Positions 36,960-50,622 of a DNA stretch of 64,000 bases are shown piece after piece. Location of the stretch: NCBI GenBank assembly GCA_964016885.1, contig OZ024741.1:173476001-173540000 (forward strand), in the 5' to 3' direction. The DNA comes from Eledone cirrhosa. Its lineage: Eukaryota. The notes beneath the pieces are model-generated. The model did not search any database, had not been told where the DNA came from, and saw only the letters and a list, made by a program, of their open reading frames with translations. Position 1 is the first letter of the stretch; each line of letters begins with the position of its first letter. A program made the translations under genes and the position numbers.

Positions 36960-38090
36960 CTAGGTAGGTCAGGTGACCACATCGTGGTTATACAATTTCA
37001 GTTTTTGGCTTGGTTTCCTATCGTTAGATGTCCTTCCTAATGCTAACCACCTTACAAGGTGGAGTGAGTGCTTTTTGTCGTGACACCAGTATGACCACCC
37101 TACAGAGTGGACTGGGTGCTTTTTCATGGCACTAACACTCATAACCATTTAATAATCATATAACTATTCAATTTATCAATATTATGTTATATTGCTAATG
37201 AATTTTTTTGATTTACTCAGAGGCCTTTTTCAAATTATTCAAAATTCTTTTGTTCTTTTACTGGTTTTGGTCAACGATTTAGTTGATCATATTGACTCCT
37301 TCCTAATGCCATTACATAGTGTGGACTGGGTGCTTTTCATTGTGCCACTAACATGAGCACTTTATAGTGTGGACTATTGCTTTTTAATGTGTCACCAAAA
37401 TGACCACTTTACTTTGTGGTCTGGGTGCTTTTTGTTGTGTCGCCAACATTGCCACTTTACAGGGTGGACTGGGCATTTATTGTTGTAATGCTAAGACGAC
37501 CACTTTACAGGATGGATTGGACACTTTTTGTCGTGTCACCAACACAGGCAGACCAGGTGCCTTCTTTCATGAAGGTGGGTCTTCCGCAATACTGTATGGA
37601 AGGGGGATGGGGAGACGTGGTGCATAGATGTTGCTTCATCCCATGCACATGGGAAGGTAGGTCTTTTGCATAATGCCAGAGATCTCGATCCTGTATCATC
37701 ACCTCTGAGAGGTGCAATTGTATGAGGTCAGTTTTTATCACCTCATCCCAAGGTTTCCTAGTTCTTCCTCTTCCATAGCTTCCATCAACTTTGAGTGTCT
37801 TGCACCTTTTTATACAGCTGTCATCTTTCATAAGCACCACATCTCCATACCACTTCAATCTCCTCTCTTGCACACTACATCTGATCCCTCTTATGCCCAG
37901 TTTCTCTCTCGGTCCTCTTTCTTTGCCCTTCATGTATATTTCTATTACACATCCATTGGACCATGCAAGCTTCGTTTCTTTCCAATCTTTGTAGGTCCTC
38001 TGCCCAGGTCTCACTACGATGCAGCATTGCTATTCGTATACATGCATCATACAATCTGCCCTTCATTTTGAGGGAAAAAGATTTTGTAGC
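36960..38090 (-). mobile_element. Older RTE 3' fragment with ~40 bp sub-repeats
   Basis: ORFs 37505-38014 and 37875-38066 (KGRLYDACIR, RRLKWYG, GRGRTRKPW). Confidence 0.8.
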
Positions 38091-38187
38091 TATTTTGTTT
38101 ATCTCTATCTCTCTCTATATATGTATGTGTGTGTGTTTGTCTATATGTATATGTGTGTGTTTCTCAATGTGTATTTGTATTTGTCTA

Positions 38188-41100
38188 TCATCATCAACAT
38201 CAACGTTTAACGTCCGTGTTCCACGCTTGCATGGGTTTGGACGGGGGTAGTCCCACTTGAGGCAAGAGTGATTGTCTTGCTCGCATAGGACTGTCTGGCA
38301 GGTTTTCTACAGTTGGATGCCCTTCCTAACACCAACCACATTTACAGTGTGGGTCTGGGAGGTTTTTACCGTGTTGCCTACACGGCCACATTACAGCGTG
38401 GACTGTGTGTTTTTTTGTCGTGACACCTACACGATCTCATTTGTTTCGGCCTCGATGGCGCGGCACCAACATAACTTTACATAGAACGGGGTGGTGTGGA
38501 TGGGGTGGGGGTGGTGGTGGTGGGACGGGGTGTATTTTGTTAGAGATGCCTACTGGCTGGAGTAGGTTTTACTATATATTTAGGTAAGGCGGGTCTTCTC
38601 TGTTACTGAGTACCGCCAAAGGTCTTGGTCCAGTGACATTGTCTTGGAGAGGTGTAAGTGTGTGATGTCGGAGTTTATCAGCTCGTCCCAGGTTTTTCTA
38701 GGTCTGCCTATTCCGTGACTACCGTCTATCTTTATTGCCCTGCACTTTGTTATACAGCTATCGACTTTCATGCGCATCACGTGTCCATACCAACGTAGCC
38801 TTCTCTCGAGTAAACAACATCTGATCCCTCTTATCTCTAATTTTTTCCTTAGTTCGTTTATGCTTTGCCGTTCACGTATATTACTGTTACACATCCAGCG
38901 GAGCATGCAAGCTTCGTTCCTCTCTAGTCTGCGTATATCCTCTGCACACAATGCCCAGGTCTCACTGCCATGCAGCATTGCTGTTCGTATGCAGGCATCG
39001 TACAACCTGCCTTTCATTTTTAGGGAGAACCCTTTAGCAGCTAATAGTGGTATAAGCTCTCTGAACTTTTTCCAACCAGTTCTGACTCTAGCTACAGTAC
39101 TTTCAGAGCACCCTCCCCCACTGCTGATTTTATCGCCCAGGTAACGGAAGCTGTCCACTATTTCTATAGAACCCTCTGCGCAATTGAAAGAGCTAGTATT
39201 TTGTGGGCACTTGCTGCTACTTATTGCACCAGAACACCGGCCACATGTAAAATCTATGTTCTTAGTTAGCTTACCTGTGATCCCACTACATCTTTTATGC
39301 ACCCATACTTTGCATTTAGGACATAAAATGGAGTTTCTACCTACGCCTTTCCTACACACCGAGCACGACCATTTCCCAGAAGGGACCGCCGCCTTGTTTT
39401 CTTACCTACAAACTAGTACTTTGGTCTTAGCCAGGTTAATTTTAAGTCCTTTTGACTCTAGGCCGTGCTTCCATGTTTGGAATTTCTTCTCTAGCTCGGC
39501 CATTGATTCCGCTATGAGTGTCAGGTCGTCTGCGTATAGGAGTTCCCATGGGCAGCCTGTCTTGAACTCCTCTGTTATAGCCTGAAGGGCAATAATAAAT
39601 AGTAGGGGGCTGAGAACAGAGCCCTGATGGACGCCAACTTTTACGCTAAACTCTTCACTATATTCGTTGTTAATTCTAACCTTGCTGACTGTTTCTTTAT
39701 ACATGGCTTGTATAGCCCTCACAAGCCATTCGTCAACGCCTAGTTTTCTAAGAGCCCACCAGATAATGGAGCGGGGGACTCTGTCGAAGGCTTTCTCCAA
39801 GTCGACAAAAGCTAAGTAGAGGGGTTTACCTTTAGCTAGGTACTTCTCCTGTAGTTGTCGTACTATGAAAAGAGCGTCTGTGGTACTTTTGCCTGACACA
39901 AACCCGAACTGCATTTCATCTAGGTCAATTCTCTCTCTGATTAGTTGCGCTATTACTTTTTCCGTGACCTTCATGACCTGGTCGATTAATTTAATGCCTC
40001 TATAGTTACTCCTATCTAGGGCGTCTCCTTTACCCTTATAACAGTTAACGATGATGCTGCTATGCCAGTCCTTCGGAACAACCCCATTCTGTACGACTTG
40101 GTTAACTATGCGGGTGACCATGGTGTGTCCCACCGTGCCAGATGCCTTCAGCATCTCAGCAACTATTTCCGAAGGCCCAGCCGCCTTACCCGTCTTCATA
40201 TCCTTGATTGCCTTACTTATTATACTCCCCTCGACTAACACTGCTGGTCCCTCTATTGGGTCGATATGGGGGAGACTGTCTTTCTCCCATTTATTCTCCT
40301 CATTTAGTAGCCTTTCATAGTGACACTTCCAAGCTACCTTCTTATCAGCGTCGGTGATGGCAAGTGTGCCATCGTCGTTTAGTACACACTTCTCCCCGAC
40401 AATATCACGGTTTTCCTTGACGCATTGCCTAGCAATCCTGAACACCTCACGTTTTTGGTCATCGCGTTGTAGAACATGCTTGAACTTTCTTTCCTCAGCT
40501 TCCCTTCTTGCTAAGTACACTTGTCTCCTAGCTTCCCTCCTGGCCACTTGATAGTCTTCTCTACTTCCCCCATCCCGCCATACTTTCCAAGCCTGCTTTT
40601 TGGCCTTAATTGACCCCTCCACCTTACTGTTCCACCACCATGTTACTCTCCTCCTGCCTACAGGCCTGCTCCAGCCACAGACTTCGTCTGTCGCCAACAG
40701 CAGGTTTGCTTTCAGAAATTCCCACTCTCCCTCTATATTGTCCGACTCTAAATGTTCTTCCTTACTGTCGAAAGCATCAAGTAATATGCTTTGAAATTTA
40801 TTCCTGGCTGTGGGGTCCTTTAGCTTCCATATTTTTCTCCTGAGGATAGTCCTCTTCTGCTGTCGAGTACGTCTCGTCCTGACTATGAGGTCGCTAATTA
40901 TCAGTCTATGTTGGGAGGTGCATTCTTCATGGGGGAGGGATTTAGTGTTTACAACAGACACTCTGTCACGTCTTCTGGTAAGGATATAATCTACCTGGCT
41001 TGTGTGTTCCCCGGATCTATAGGTGATCAGGTGATTGTCACGTTTTTTGAAGTTAGTGTTACAGATAGTTAGGTTATTTGCATCACAGAATTCCAGGATT

Positions 41101-42287
41101 CTGGAGCCTTCCTCATTTCTAGTACCAAACCCATAGCCTCCATGGATTTCGTCATAGCCGTCACAATGTTGTCCAACGTGACCATTTAGGTCGCCTGCGA
41201 TAATTATATAGTCACTGTCGGATATTTGGGAGGTAGTTAGCATCAGTGTCTCATAGAATCTGTCTTTTATAGTGCCGGGCAGTCCGGATTGGGGTGCGTA
41301 CGCAGATATTACTGTCACCGTAGTTCTATTGAGGACAAGTCGTATTTTAATTATTCTGTCGTTCACTCTATTTACGTCTATTATCTTATCTGCCCACTTT
41401 TCTGCTACCATGATTCCTACTCCACCCAGCCCATCGTCGTTTCCCACCCAGAAAAGCTTATAACATCGTTTTTTACCCTCAATGAACCTAGCAGACCCAC
41501 CCCTCCACCTGGTCTCTTGAATACAACAAACATCGACCTCCTTACGTTCAAGCATTTCTACAACCTCGTTAGCGCGACCCTTTAGGGTGCCTACATTTAT
41601 GGTACCAACTCTGAAGTTTTGGATTGCGTTTGGGGTTGGGGGCGGTGGGGGGCGGGGGGCGATGGGGTTATGTTAGCCGTCCGCGGTCGAAACAATGAGG
41701 AGTGCTCGCATTCTCGTCCAAGAGGTGAATTTGTCTTTATCTTTGGCATTGTCGCTGAGCGTCCAGATTTTTCTCTCTCTCTCCTCCACTCTCCAGGATT
41801 CCGCAGTCCATCCATCCATCATATATCGAAAGGCAACCAGGCAAGCGATAGTATAGGCCTCTGGCTTCTGATATGTCCGCGTAATAATACTGGTGATGCG
41901 TGGGGGCTCTGGCTTATGATTGGTCCACGTAATAGCAATGGTGGTGCGTGGGGGTGGGAGGGAGGGGTGTTGGGTAGCTAGATAGAAGGTAATGATTGAA
42001 TGGGGTCCTTGCATTTAACAAGCGATTAACAAAAATACAAAATTTGTTCTGTTCAATACGACCAAAAACTTTCGTATTTAACAATTAATAAATACAAAAA
42101 ATGTAGATTGTTTTAGCGATAGATTGGCTATTTGGACTTGATACGAAATATGGATTGTTTTGAAAATACGCTAGAATTAGGAAATGGGGAATTAGGATTT
42201 GTGGAGGTAGAGATGAAGGAATATGTACATTACATGAATATCGTGGGGTAGACAGCAAAGCAATGAAATTTGGCGAAGTGAATTCCT

Positions 42288-42290
<3 letters not shown>
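38188..42290 (-). mobile_element. Near full-length RTE LINE (APE, RT, PHD-like finger) with one in-frame TAA
   Basis: ORF 41555-39402 (IQETRW, AYAPQ, GDLNGH, SQH, FVDLEKAFD, GVHQGSVLSP, YADD) continues in the same frame to 38580; long 5' region and (GAT)n tail; 5' boundary approximate. Confidence 0.95.
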
Positions 42291-42352
<62 letters not shown>

Positions 42353-42473
42353 GCCGCATGATGGTTGTGTGTGTTAGGCGTTTGACCGCCCTATGCCTTC
42401 GAAGTAGCGGGTGGGGGGGGGGGGGGGTCGAGTGTAAGCGGGAGTTTCGAAAGAAGGAGTTTCGAAAGAAGTC

Positions 42474-42508
<35 letters not shown>

Positions 42509-42509
42509 T

Positions 42510-42860
42510 TGTCTTCTTGTCTGGAGGGCAGCATGTCTTCTAGAGGGTCCTGTCAGAAGCAACCATCTCCAGTTGACCCAGCTGGATCCCCAAGTGAGAC
42601 CAACCGAGCTCAGATGTTATCCATCAATCTTGCATGTGGTCTACCTCTGGGTCTCCTGCCAGTTTGCTTTGCCCGTAAAATTTGTACAGCGATTCTTTCC
42701 TTAGACATTCTAACCACATGTCCAAAGTATCAAGCTGTGATCTCTCGATTTGGAGAAGTAGTAGGTCTACCAGGACCAACTCCCTGATCTCTGAGCTACG
42801 CACTCTATCAAGTAATTTTACTCCGAAGACCCTTTGGAGGAACCCCATTTCAGCCATTTG
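42510..42860 (-). mobile_element. 3' end of a second RTE family
   Basis: AEMGFLQRVFGVKLLDRVRSSEIREL motif typical of RTE C-termini. Confidence 0.75.
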
Positions 42861-42879
42861 TATTCCTGATTGTATCCTG

Positions 42880-43735
42880 AAATCCCAAAGAGGGCCCAGA
42901 AGGTATCAAACCTTAAGAATTGGCAACTGGAACATTACAACCCTTACAGTTAAAGAGCAGTAACTAGTGCAGGCTAGATGCTCTACAAAGTTCCATAGCT
43001 GTAGTACCATACATTTAATGAAGGATGGAAACTTCACTATTCAGATGTGGTGCCAGAAAAGATTGCACAAGTGGAAGTGGGGATACTCATAAGTCCCCAC
43101 CTTCAAATGTGTTGGGAGAATTTGCCTCTTGGAGCTTAGGCTAAAAGAAAGGTATCTGTGGATGGTGCAAGTTTATGCACCAAACAGATAGCCCAAATAC
43201 AGATCCTGCCTAGATGAAGTCTTCTATCAGGACATATGACTGAGTCATATATCCTGATGGGAGACTTCAATGCACAAGTTGGCACTGATCACCTGACATG
43301 GAAAGGAGTGATTGGAAGGAACAATGATCCTGGTCTAAATATGAATAGAGAGACTTTATTAAACTTCTGTTCTAGAAATGGGCTCTCTATTATAAATACT
43401 TTCTTCCAGCACGAAGACACCCATAAGTATACATGGCATAAGGGAAACCGGGGACATAGTTCAGTAATTTATTTTTTTATTGACTCTGATCTCTTCAATT
43501 CTGTGCTGGATGATCATGTTAAGAGAGGGACTGAGCTGTCAACTGATCACCATCTAGTTGTCTGCGACCTGAGACTACCTAAAGTCAAGAAAACCCACTA
43601 AACTAATTAGTACAGCTCAGCTTACAGGATTAAGTGGGAAGCACTGGCTGATGAGGAGGTCAGCACCAGGTATACGGCGGATACTATTACATCCAGTTTC
43701 AGAGAGCTCCCTGCACAAACTGAGGGATTTGAAAC
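42880..43735 (+). mobile_element. Degraded APE-domain fragment of a second RTE family
   Basis: LRIGNWNITTL, LMGDFNAQVG, INTFFQH..HKYTW, STDHHLV. Confidence 0.8.
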
Positions 43736-45409
43736 AATGTATATATGTGTTTTGTGTGTCTATGTTCATCTTCATATTGATACTGTTTAATACAAGCAAT
43801 GACACTTGTTTATGTCCTGCAGCTTAGTTGTTTGACAGTTCACTGGTATACACCATCCTTAAAAATAATAATGTATGGGTTGACATCAGGAAGGGCATCC
43901 AGCCATAGAAAAACTGCCTTAAAAATCTCATCCAGCCCATGCCAGTATGGAAAGCTAGACATAAAAATGACAAGTTTGTACATCATCATCATTGTTTTTA
44001 CGTTGACTTTTTCATGCTGGCATAGATTGGGTTGGCCTTTTTGAGGCAATGCTTTACAGCTGGGTGCTCTTCCTGACAATAATCCTTTTAGTTGCATCTT
44101 ACAACATGCAAGTATACAGTGTACCTATTCTAAACAGGATACATACTTGAAAGTACTAACAAAAATTTAAAACGAATGAACTGTACAAACCTTCTCTATT
44201 TATCTTTATCATCCTGCATAAAATGGTTTTAAAAAGCTGTTGCCATGGCTTTGTATCCTCACCAATCAATTAAAAATGACCTAAAACTATAAGTTAAACA
44301 AATATTTTGTTTATAATTCTTGTCAGTGTTTGCTGCTAGTGTTTAATCACCTTGAAATAATCAACATCAACATTTTAGTGTTTTTCTATCCTGTTCCTCT
44401 ACTCTTCTACTGGTGTCAGCCATTGGACTGCAGCTATGCTGGGGCACTGCCTTTAAGGGTCCATTATATGAGCCACGTTTTTATTTCAGTCTGGTATATA
44501 ATTTGTCATTCTATATGGAAGTGTAATGATATGGAGGATGACAGCTGTATAAGGAGATGCAGAGAAATCTAAAGTGGGTGGGACACGTGGAGTTGTCATT
44601 TACCACCCCTTCTTCTCACCCACACATCACCCTTTTGAACCCCCACCTCACCCTCCCATGACTTTATATGTATCCCCGCCTATGACATTATGCTCTCTTC
44701 CTTACAGGATAGAGAGGGCTCTTCAATCAAGTCAGTGATTGACAACCTCCCTAGTGCTGGAGCCATGATAAAATACATCCATTCTGCAAAGTGATTGGTG
44801 TTGGGAAAGGCTCCCAGTCATAAACCATGCCAAAAAGAATTTAGAGGGTGATGCATTAAGTGTAACATCTAATTATGCCACTGTAGACTTAAAACACAAA
44901 GTGCTTCAACAAAAATCTCAAGGCATCTCTACACTCCTTCCCTTCCCTGGTCTGATACCAAGTACCAAGCTTTGCAAGCTATCAAAAGTACCCCCCCCCC
45001 CTCTCCAATAATAAATTTATGAGTTGGCTGAGCTTATGAACTACCCATCTACTACAAGTTTTCCTATTTTTCCACAAATAAAGAAAAAAAAAATTAAAAT
45101 ATGCCGACTGCACTAGATGAGATTTCCTTGGAAAGTGGGAGCAAAAGTAAGAAACAGACAGTAAGAGTGATAAACAGAGAAATATATAGTCTGGTTGAAT
45201 CAACAAATGTTAGAATTTTCTCTTGCTGTTGTCTCAGCTAAAATATAAAATCTCTTGCAACCATGATTTACTACAAACCCAGACTATTCTATTTTAACTT
45301 CTACTGTCTTTGATTTGACTCTCTCTATTCTTTTTTTAAAATTGGTCCATCACACTTGAGGCCATGCCATTTTCCTTCTCTAATTTATTTCACTTTACCT
45401 TTTGAGTTG

Positions 45410-47404
45410 TATATGGAAATATGTTCATTCAAAGCAGAGACCTCACTCTCCAGTTGGTCCTCTTCGCAATCCCCACACAAGCCAGATCACTGACGATCCC
45501 AAGGAATGCGCAGAACTCATTGCTGAGTGCTATGCAAGTATTTTTACTGTTGAAAACCAGAATGTACCATCTCCACCATCTCTAACATCAAATTCCATAA
45601 CAACTATGGAATTTACACCTGCAATGTTGCGACGTCACCTTAAGAATAAGCGCAACTATGCCTCCCCTGGTCTTGATGGTGTGACATACCTGCTTCTCAA
45701 ACGTGGCGGGGATTTCCTTTTGCGCCAGCTTTCTTTTTTCTTTCAATACTGTCTCAGCAATGGTGCTACTCCGGAGCAGTGGAAAACTGCCAGTGTCATT
45801 CCCCTGTTCAAAAAGGGCAACCGCATGTCACCTGTCAACTATCGTCCAGTCAGTCTTACTAGCTGTATGGCTAAACTGATGGAATCCTGTGTCAGAGAAA
45901 CACTTTGGAACTTCTGGAGCTCTCACAGCCTCATCCGGCCCTCACAGTTTGGATTTATCCCTAACTCCAGCTGCTGTGATCAGCTTATCGAGTTCCTTGA
46001 GGACATCACCCGGATCACTGACAGCGGCTCATGGGTGGATGTTGTTTACCTTGACTTTGCTAAGGCTTTTAATTCTGTGCCACACAAAAGACTTATGGCA
46101 AAACTCTCTGCAATGGGTGTGAGGGATGATCTTTTCGACTGGCTGAAATCCTTCATTCTCAGCCGAAAGGAAGTAGTCACGGTTCTAGGACAGCATTCTT
46201 CACCATATGAGATGTCATCTGGTGTACCACAGGGATCTGTTCTTGGTCCTCTTTTGTTTGTGGCATATATTAATGACATAGATGCCAACTTACAGAATGC
46301 CACGGTACTAAAATATGCAGATGACATCAAGCTGTACCTTGAAATCAAAAGGACTGATCCTGAAATTTACAACTCTTTCCTACAATCAGACCTGGACACA
46401 ATGCAGCAATGGATCACAGACTGGCAACTGAAGCTGGCTGTGGACAAGTGTACCACCATGCATTTTGGAAGGAAAAATCCAGCGTCCATATACTCCCTCC
46501 ACAACACTGACATCAAAAAGTCCTCTTGTGAACGTGACCTGGGCATTACTGTCAGCAACGATTTGCGTTGGACAAAGCATGTCTCTAAGATTGTCAAGAA
46601 GGCCGAGGGTGTCTTGGCATCACTCAGCAAGACCTTTGTTAGCCGCTCTCCAGCCATCTATTTAAAACTGTATACAGCTATGGTGCGACCACACTTGGAA
46701 TTCGCATCATCAGTCTGGAACCCCTATTTTGCTCGGAACATTGACCTCCTGGAAACTGTTCAGAGACGTGCAACCAAGCGCATACCCTCCATCAGACACC
46801 TACCATACTCTGAACGCCTTGCTTCCCTGGGCATGGATTCATTGAAGCTCCGACGTCTGGCAATGGACTTGGTGAATACCCACAAAGTTTTTAACCATCT
46901 CGCCAACTGCAACCCTGAGCGCCTCTTTGATCTCCATGTGTCTAACACACGTGGACATGCCTACAAGATAAGAAAACAGCACAGCTCCCATGACTTTCGC
47001 AGACATTTTTTCACGCTCAGAGTTGCTGAAGCATGGAACAAACTGCCTGCGTCAATTGTTAGCTGCCGAGACACTGCATCCTTTAAGACACTCATGCTTC
47101 CCGAAATACGCCAAAACTACACCTGATGTACCCCTTTCATACACATGCACACGTGTGTATCATGACTCGTGCACTGTTTATTTTACTGATGTTTGTGCAT
47201 TGCCCTATGTACTGTACATGCACTTTTTTGATGAGTTGTGGTGCACCTGGGCACTGTACACAATATTTCATTATTGTTATTATATCATGACTCATACACT
47301 GTTCATTTTCCTGACATTTGTACATTATTATATGTACTATACATGCACCTTTGATGAGTTGTAGTGCACCTGAGCACTGTACACAATAATTTCATTCATT
47401 CATT
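45410..47404 (+). mobile_element. CR1-clade LINE, 5'-truncated, uninterrupted RT ORF
   Basis: ORF to 47126 with NYRPVSLTS, YLDFAKAF, SGVPQGSVLGP, YADD, TRGH, FF..RV..WN.LP; duplicated 3' UTR block; (TTCA)n tail. Confidence 0.92.
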
Positions 47405-47779
47405 ATATATTTTTTTTATTACTGTTTAGTCAGGGAGAGAAAGGCAGTGCCCATGACTCTTTCCACGAACCTCCTAGAGTGGGGAGAGTGAATAAGGACA
47501 ACATATCCTCAAATTGGAAACCTGGTCTAAATGCTCGCAAAAGGGTAGTCTCCACTAAAAGCACCCAAAAGCCAAACAACGGTATTAAACAGGGTGACAG
47601 ATTAAATCTACCACTGTAGAAGTTGAACTCAGAACACTGAAGAATCCAGTACAAATCTGCTCTAACAACTCTGCCAAATATGTTGCTTTTTTTTTTTTGT
47701 TATGAAACTTTTCCAATGCTGTTCAAATCCCTGTTTATGATATAATCTCTAACTGTAGATATCTTCTGTTTATTTCCAG

Positions 47780-47835
47780 CGATGTTGGTAACTGGCATGT
47801 CGCCAACCAGTTGACAGATAGCAAGGGTTATTATG
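47780..47835 (+). CDS. SECISBP2L: SBP2-family exon (56 nt)
   Basis: ttccag|C GAT...TAT G|gtaagt; phases 2/1 exactly bridge the flanking exons; DVGNWHVANQLTDSKGYY. Confidence 0.8.
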
Positions 47836-48889
47836 GTAAGTAAAGAAAATAATAATTGTTTCTACTTTAGGCACAAGGCCAGCAATAACCCAGTGCATTA
47901 CTGGTACTTTATTTTATCAACCCCGTAAGGATAAAAGGCAAAGTCAACCTCGGTGGGATTTGAACTCAGATCGTAAAGGGACGTAACTATGTTGGAAAGA
48001 ATGGCGTCCGACCCTTAATTGTTATAGTTTGTTATTTCTTACATTGGTAAAGATTAGAAATTTAGAGTAAAGAAAGTATAGTTTGAATTGAGTTCAGTAT
48101 ATAACTTGTACTTGTTTATCAAGAAAGGCCAATTTCAATTGAGCATCTACAGACATGTCTGTCTGCTTCTCTGCACTTTTTTTTTTTTATTATTGTTTAG
48201 TCAGGGAGGGAAGGACAGTGCCCCTGATCGTTTTTTAGGGCTTCTAACATTGATGGAAAGAAGGAAAGAAGCTATATGCAAACCAGAGACCTGAACTGAA
48301 TGCTTGTATTCACTAAAGGTATCCAAGGATCAAGAGGTGGTGTTAAACTGAGCAATGGATTAATTCTCCCACCCAAGACAGCCACAGCAGGGTTTGAACT
48401 CAGAATGTAAAGAGCCAGAGCAAGATTAACCTATAGCAGTGTTTGCTATATAGTCAGTCCATGACACTAAATTTGTTAAATATTGATTTCTAATTTTGGT
48501 GCAGAGCCAGGAATTTTTAAGAAGTGGCTTAGTTAAATGAATTATACATGCCTGGTCATTATATCAACCTCAAAGATGAAAGGCAAAATTAAACCTGGTG
48601 GGATTTATACTCAACGTAAAAGTCCATTTCTAAATACAAGACATTTGGTTTGGCATTCTACCATAAAATCACTCAACTCTGCTATATAGCTTAACTGTTA
48701 CATATTCTACTTTATTTTGTGGCATCCATATTCAAGAACTGTACAATGCTCAGTACCTACTAATACATATCTATTTTCATAAATATTTAATGTTTACTGG
48801 ATTAGTAAGCAAAACGAAGTTGGATTGCTATTGATACAATGTGGATGTATATGGCCTACTGGTAAGGGTGTTGGACTTATGATCATAAT

Positions 48890-49075
48890 TGTTTCTACTT
48901 TAGGCACAAGGCCAGCAATTACCCTGTACATTACTGGTACTTTATTTTATCGACCCCGTAAGGATGAAAGGCAAAGTTAACCTCGGCGGGATTTGAACTC
49001 AGACTGTAAAGGGACGTAACTATGCTAGAAAGCATGGCGTCCGACCCTCTACCCATACTGCCAATTCACCGCCAA
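48890..49075 (-). mobile_element. Full-length SINE family 1 with 13-bp TSD, nested in a family 2-like SINE
   Basis: TTATGATCATAAT at 48877-48889 and 49076-49088. Confidence 0.85.
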
Positions 49076-49813
49076 TTATGATCATAATGTTGTGGGTTTA
49101 ATTCCTTGGCTGGGTTGTGTGTTGTGTTCTTGAGCAAAAGACTTCATTTCACATTGCTCCTGTATACTCAGCTGAAAATGAGTACCAGCAATAGCTGGGA
49201 GTTTAACCCTGTAATGGACTGGTGTCCTGTCCAGTGGGGAGTCTTGTACTCTCAGCCGCTTCATGCCACACTACCAGGATAAGCACCAACCTAATGAACC
49301 TTCTGGCTTGAGACAGACTTTATACTGATACAAATTGTTGTACATTGACTTTAACTCTTTGAGGGCACACTGATATGTATTTTACCTCCCAGTGTGCAAA
49401 GATATACTGGTACATACACACACACTTCTTGTGTTCCAAATTCACAATGGTACATCTTTTACTCCCCACTCCTTGTATGTCAAAGATGTACTGGTATGTC
49501 TTTTATCTCTCATCTCCTCTGCTACAAACATTACAGGAATATTTTACTTCAGTCTGTAAAGCACACTGATCCAGACAGTAAATAAGGCAAACTTGATAAA
49601 AATGTCTATTTTACTATATTTTTAACAATTTTTTTTTTAATGCCAAAATTAATTTGTAATTCTAGCCTAGGGCAGTAAAATTGGAGCACTGGAGCACTCA
49701 GAGTTAGATACAGCATTTAATTGTAGTTAGCCATACAGAGTTAAATAGCTAGATGCTTTATAAATAGTAAATGTTTTTTTAATACATCAAAGTTTACATT
49801 TTTCTTTTTTCAG

Positions 49814-50277
49814 TTAAAGGCAATCGAAATGGCAAGCTGAATAAGTCTCATCGTCCTATGCAAAAACAAATGGATGAATATATGTACATGCCTGCTGGTG
49901 TACCAATAACTGCTCCTCAGCCACCGCCAATATTGTACAACAGACTTAATTATACACCTGCAGCTAGTTCCAGTTATGTCTATATACCATATGCACCAAA
50001 TGCCAGTTCTACATATAATTTCACCCTTGCTCCTGCTCCTCCTCCTCCGCCACCACCACCTCCTCTACCCCCTGCACAACTCAGCCAATCAGCTACAGTC
50101 CATGCACCTTTACCCCCAGCAAGGAGTCAGACACCAGTGGCAACCCCACTACACAGCAATCCTTATGGGATGGAATCAGCTCTGATATCTTCTAACTACC
50201 CCAAAAATTCACCTGTCAAAGTATATACACCAAACCTGCAGAATTATGAGGAATGGCCTGAAATGAAATCAACCAAG
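49814..50277 (+). CDS. SECISBP2L: SBP2-family exon (Pro/Tyr-rich)
   Basis: tttcag|TT AAA...ACC AAG|gtaaga; phases 1/0; open frame with polyproline run. Confidence 0.85.
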
Positions 50278-50403
50278 GTAAGAATTAATTTTGATAATAT
50301 CTGTCTTTTTTAAACTTCTCATTGTGTACTAGGATATTATTTTATGTTGATCTTTCTGTCATTGCTTTCTCTTCTTTTTACTGTCTTGGTCGCATTGCCA
50401 TAA

Positions 50404-50622
50404 CCCTTAAAGCATTTAAACTGGCTATATCCAGCCAGAATTCGCTCACCCCTCTCAGTTCAAACCAGCCATAATCGGTTGCTCATACTGATCTTAAAGT
50501 ATTCTTCTCAAAATAAATGATATAAAAATTTTATAGATTCGATATGTGAGATAATTATGTAAGGTAAAGCCTTTACCACGAAAATACAATAATATATATA
50601 GAGTAATGTAAATGCTAAAGGG
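50404..50622 (+). mobile_element. piggyBac-type MITE, family A
   Basis: CCCTT...CTAAAGGG|TTAA, same body as 2803-3021. Confidence 0.75.

Noticed and set aside
39398-39410. Intron or programmed frameshift between the two RTE ORFs (AG|GTAAGA on minus)
   Set aside because: The ORFs are in the same frame, and paralogues have a sense codon here; a simple nonsense change explains it
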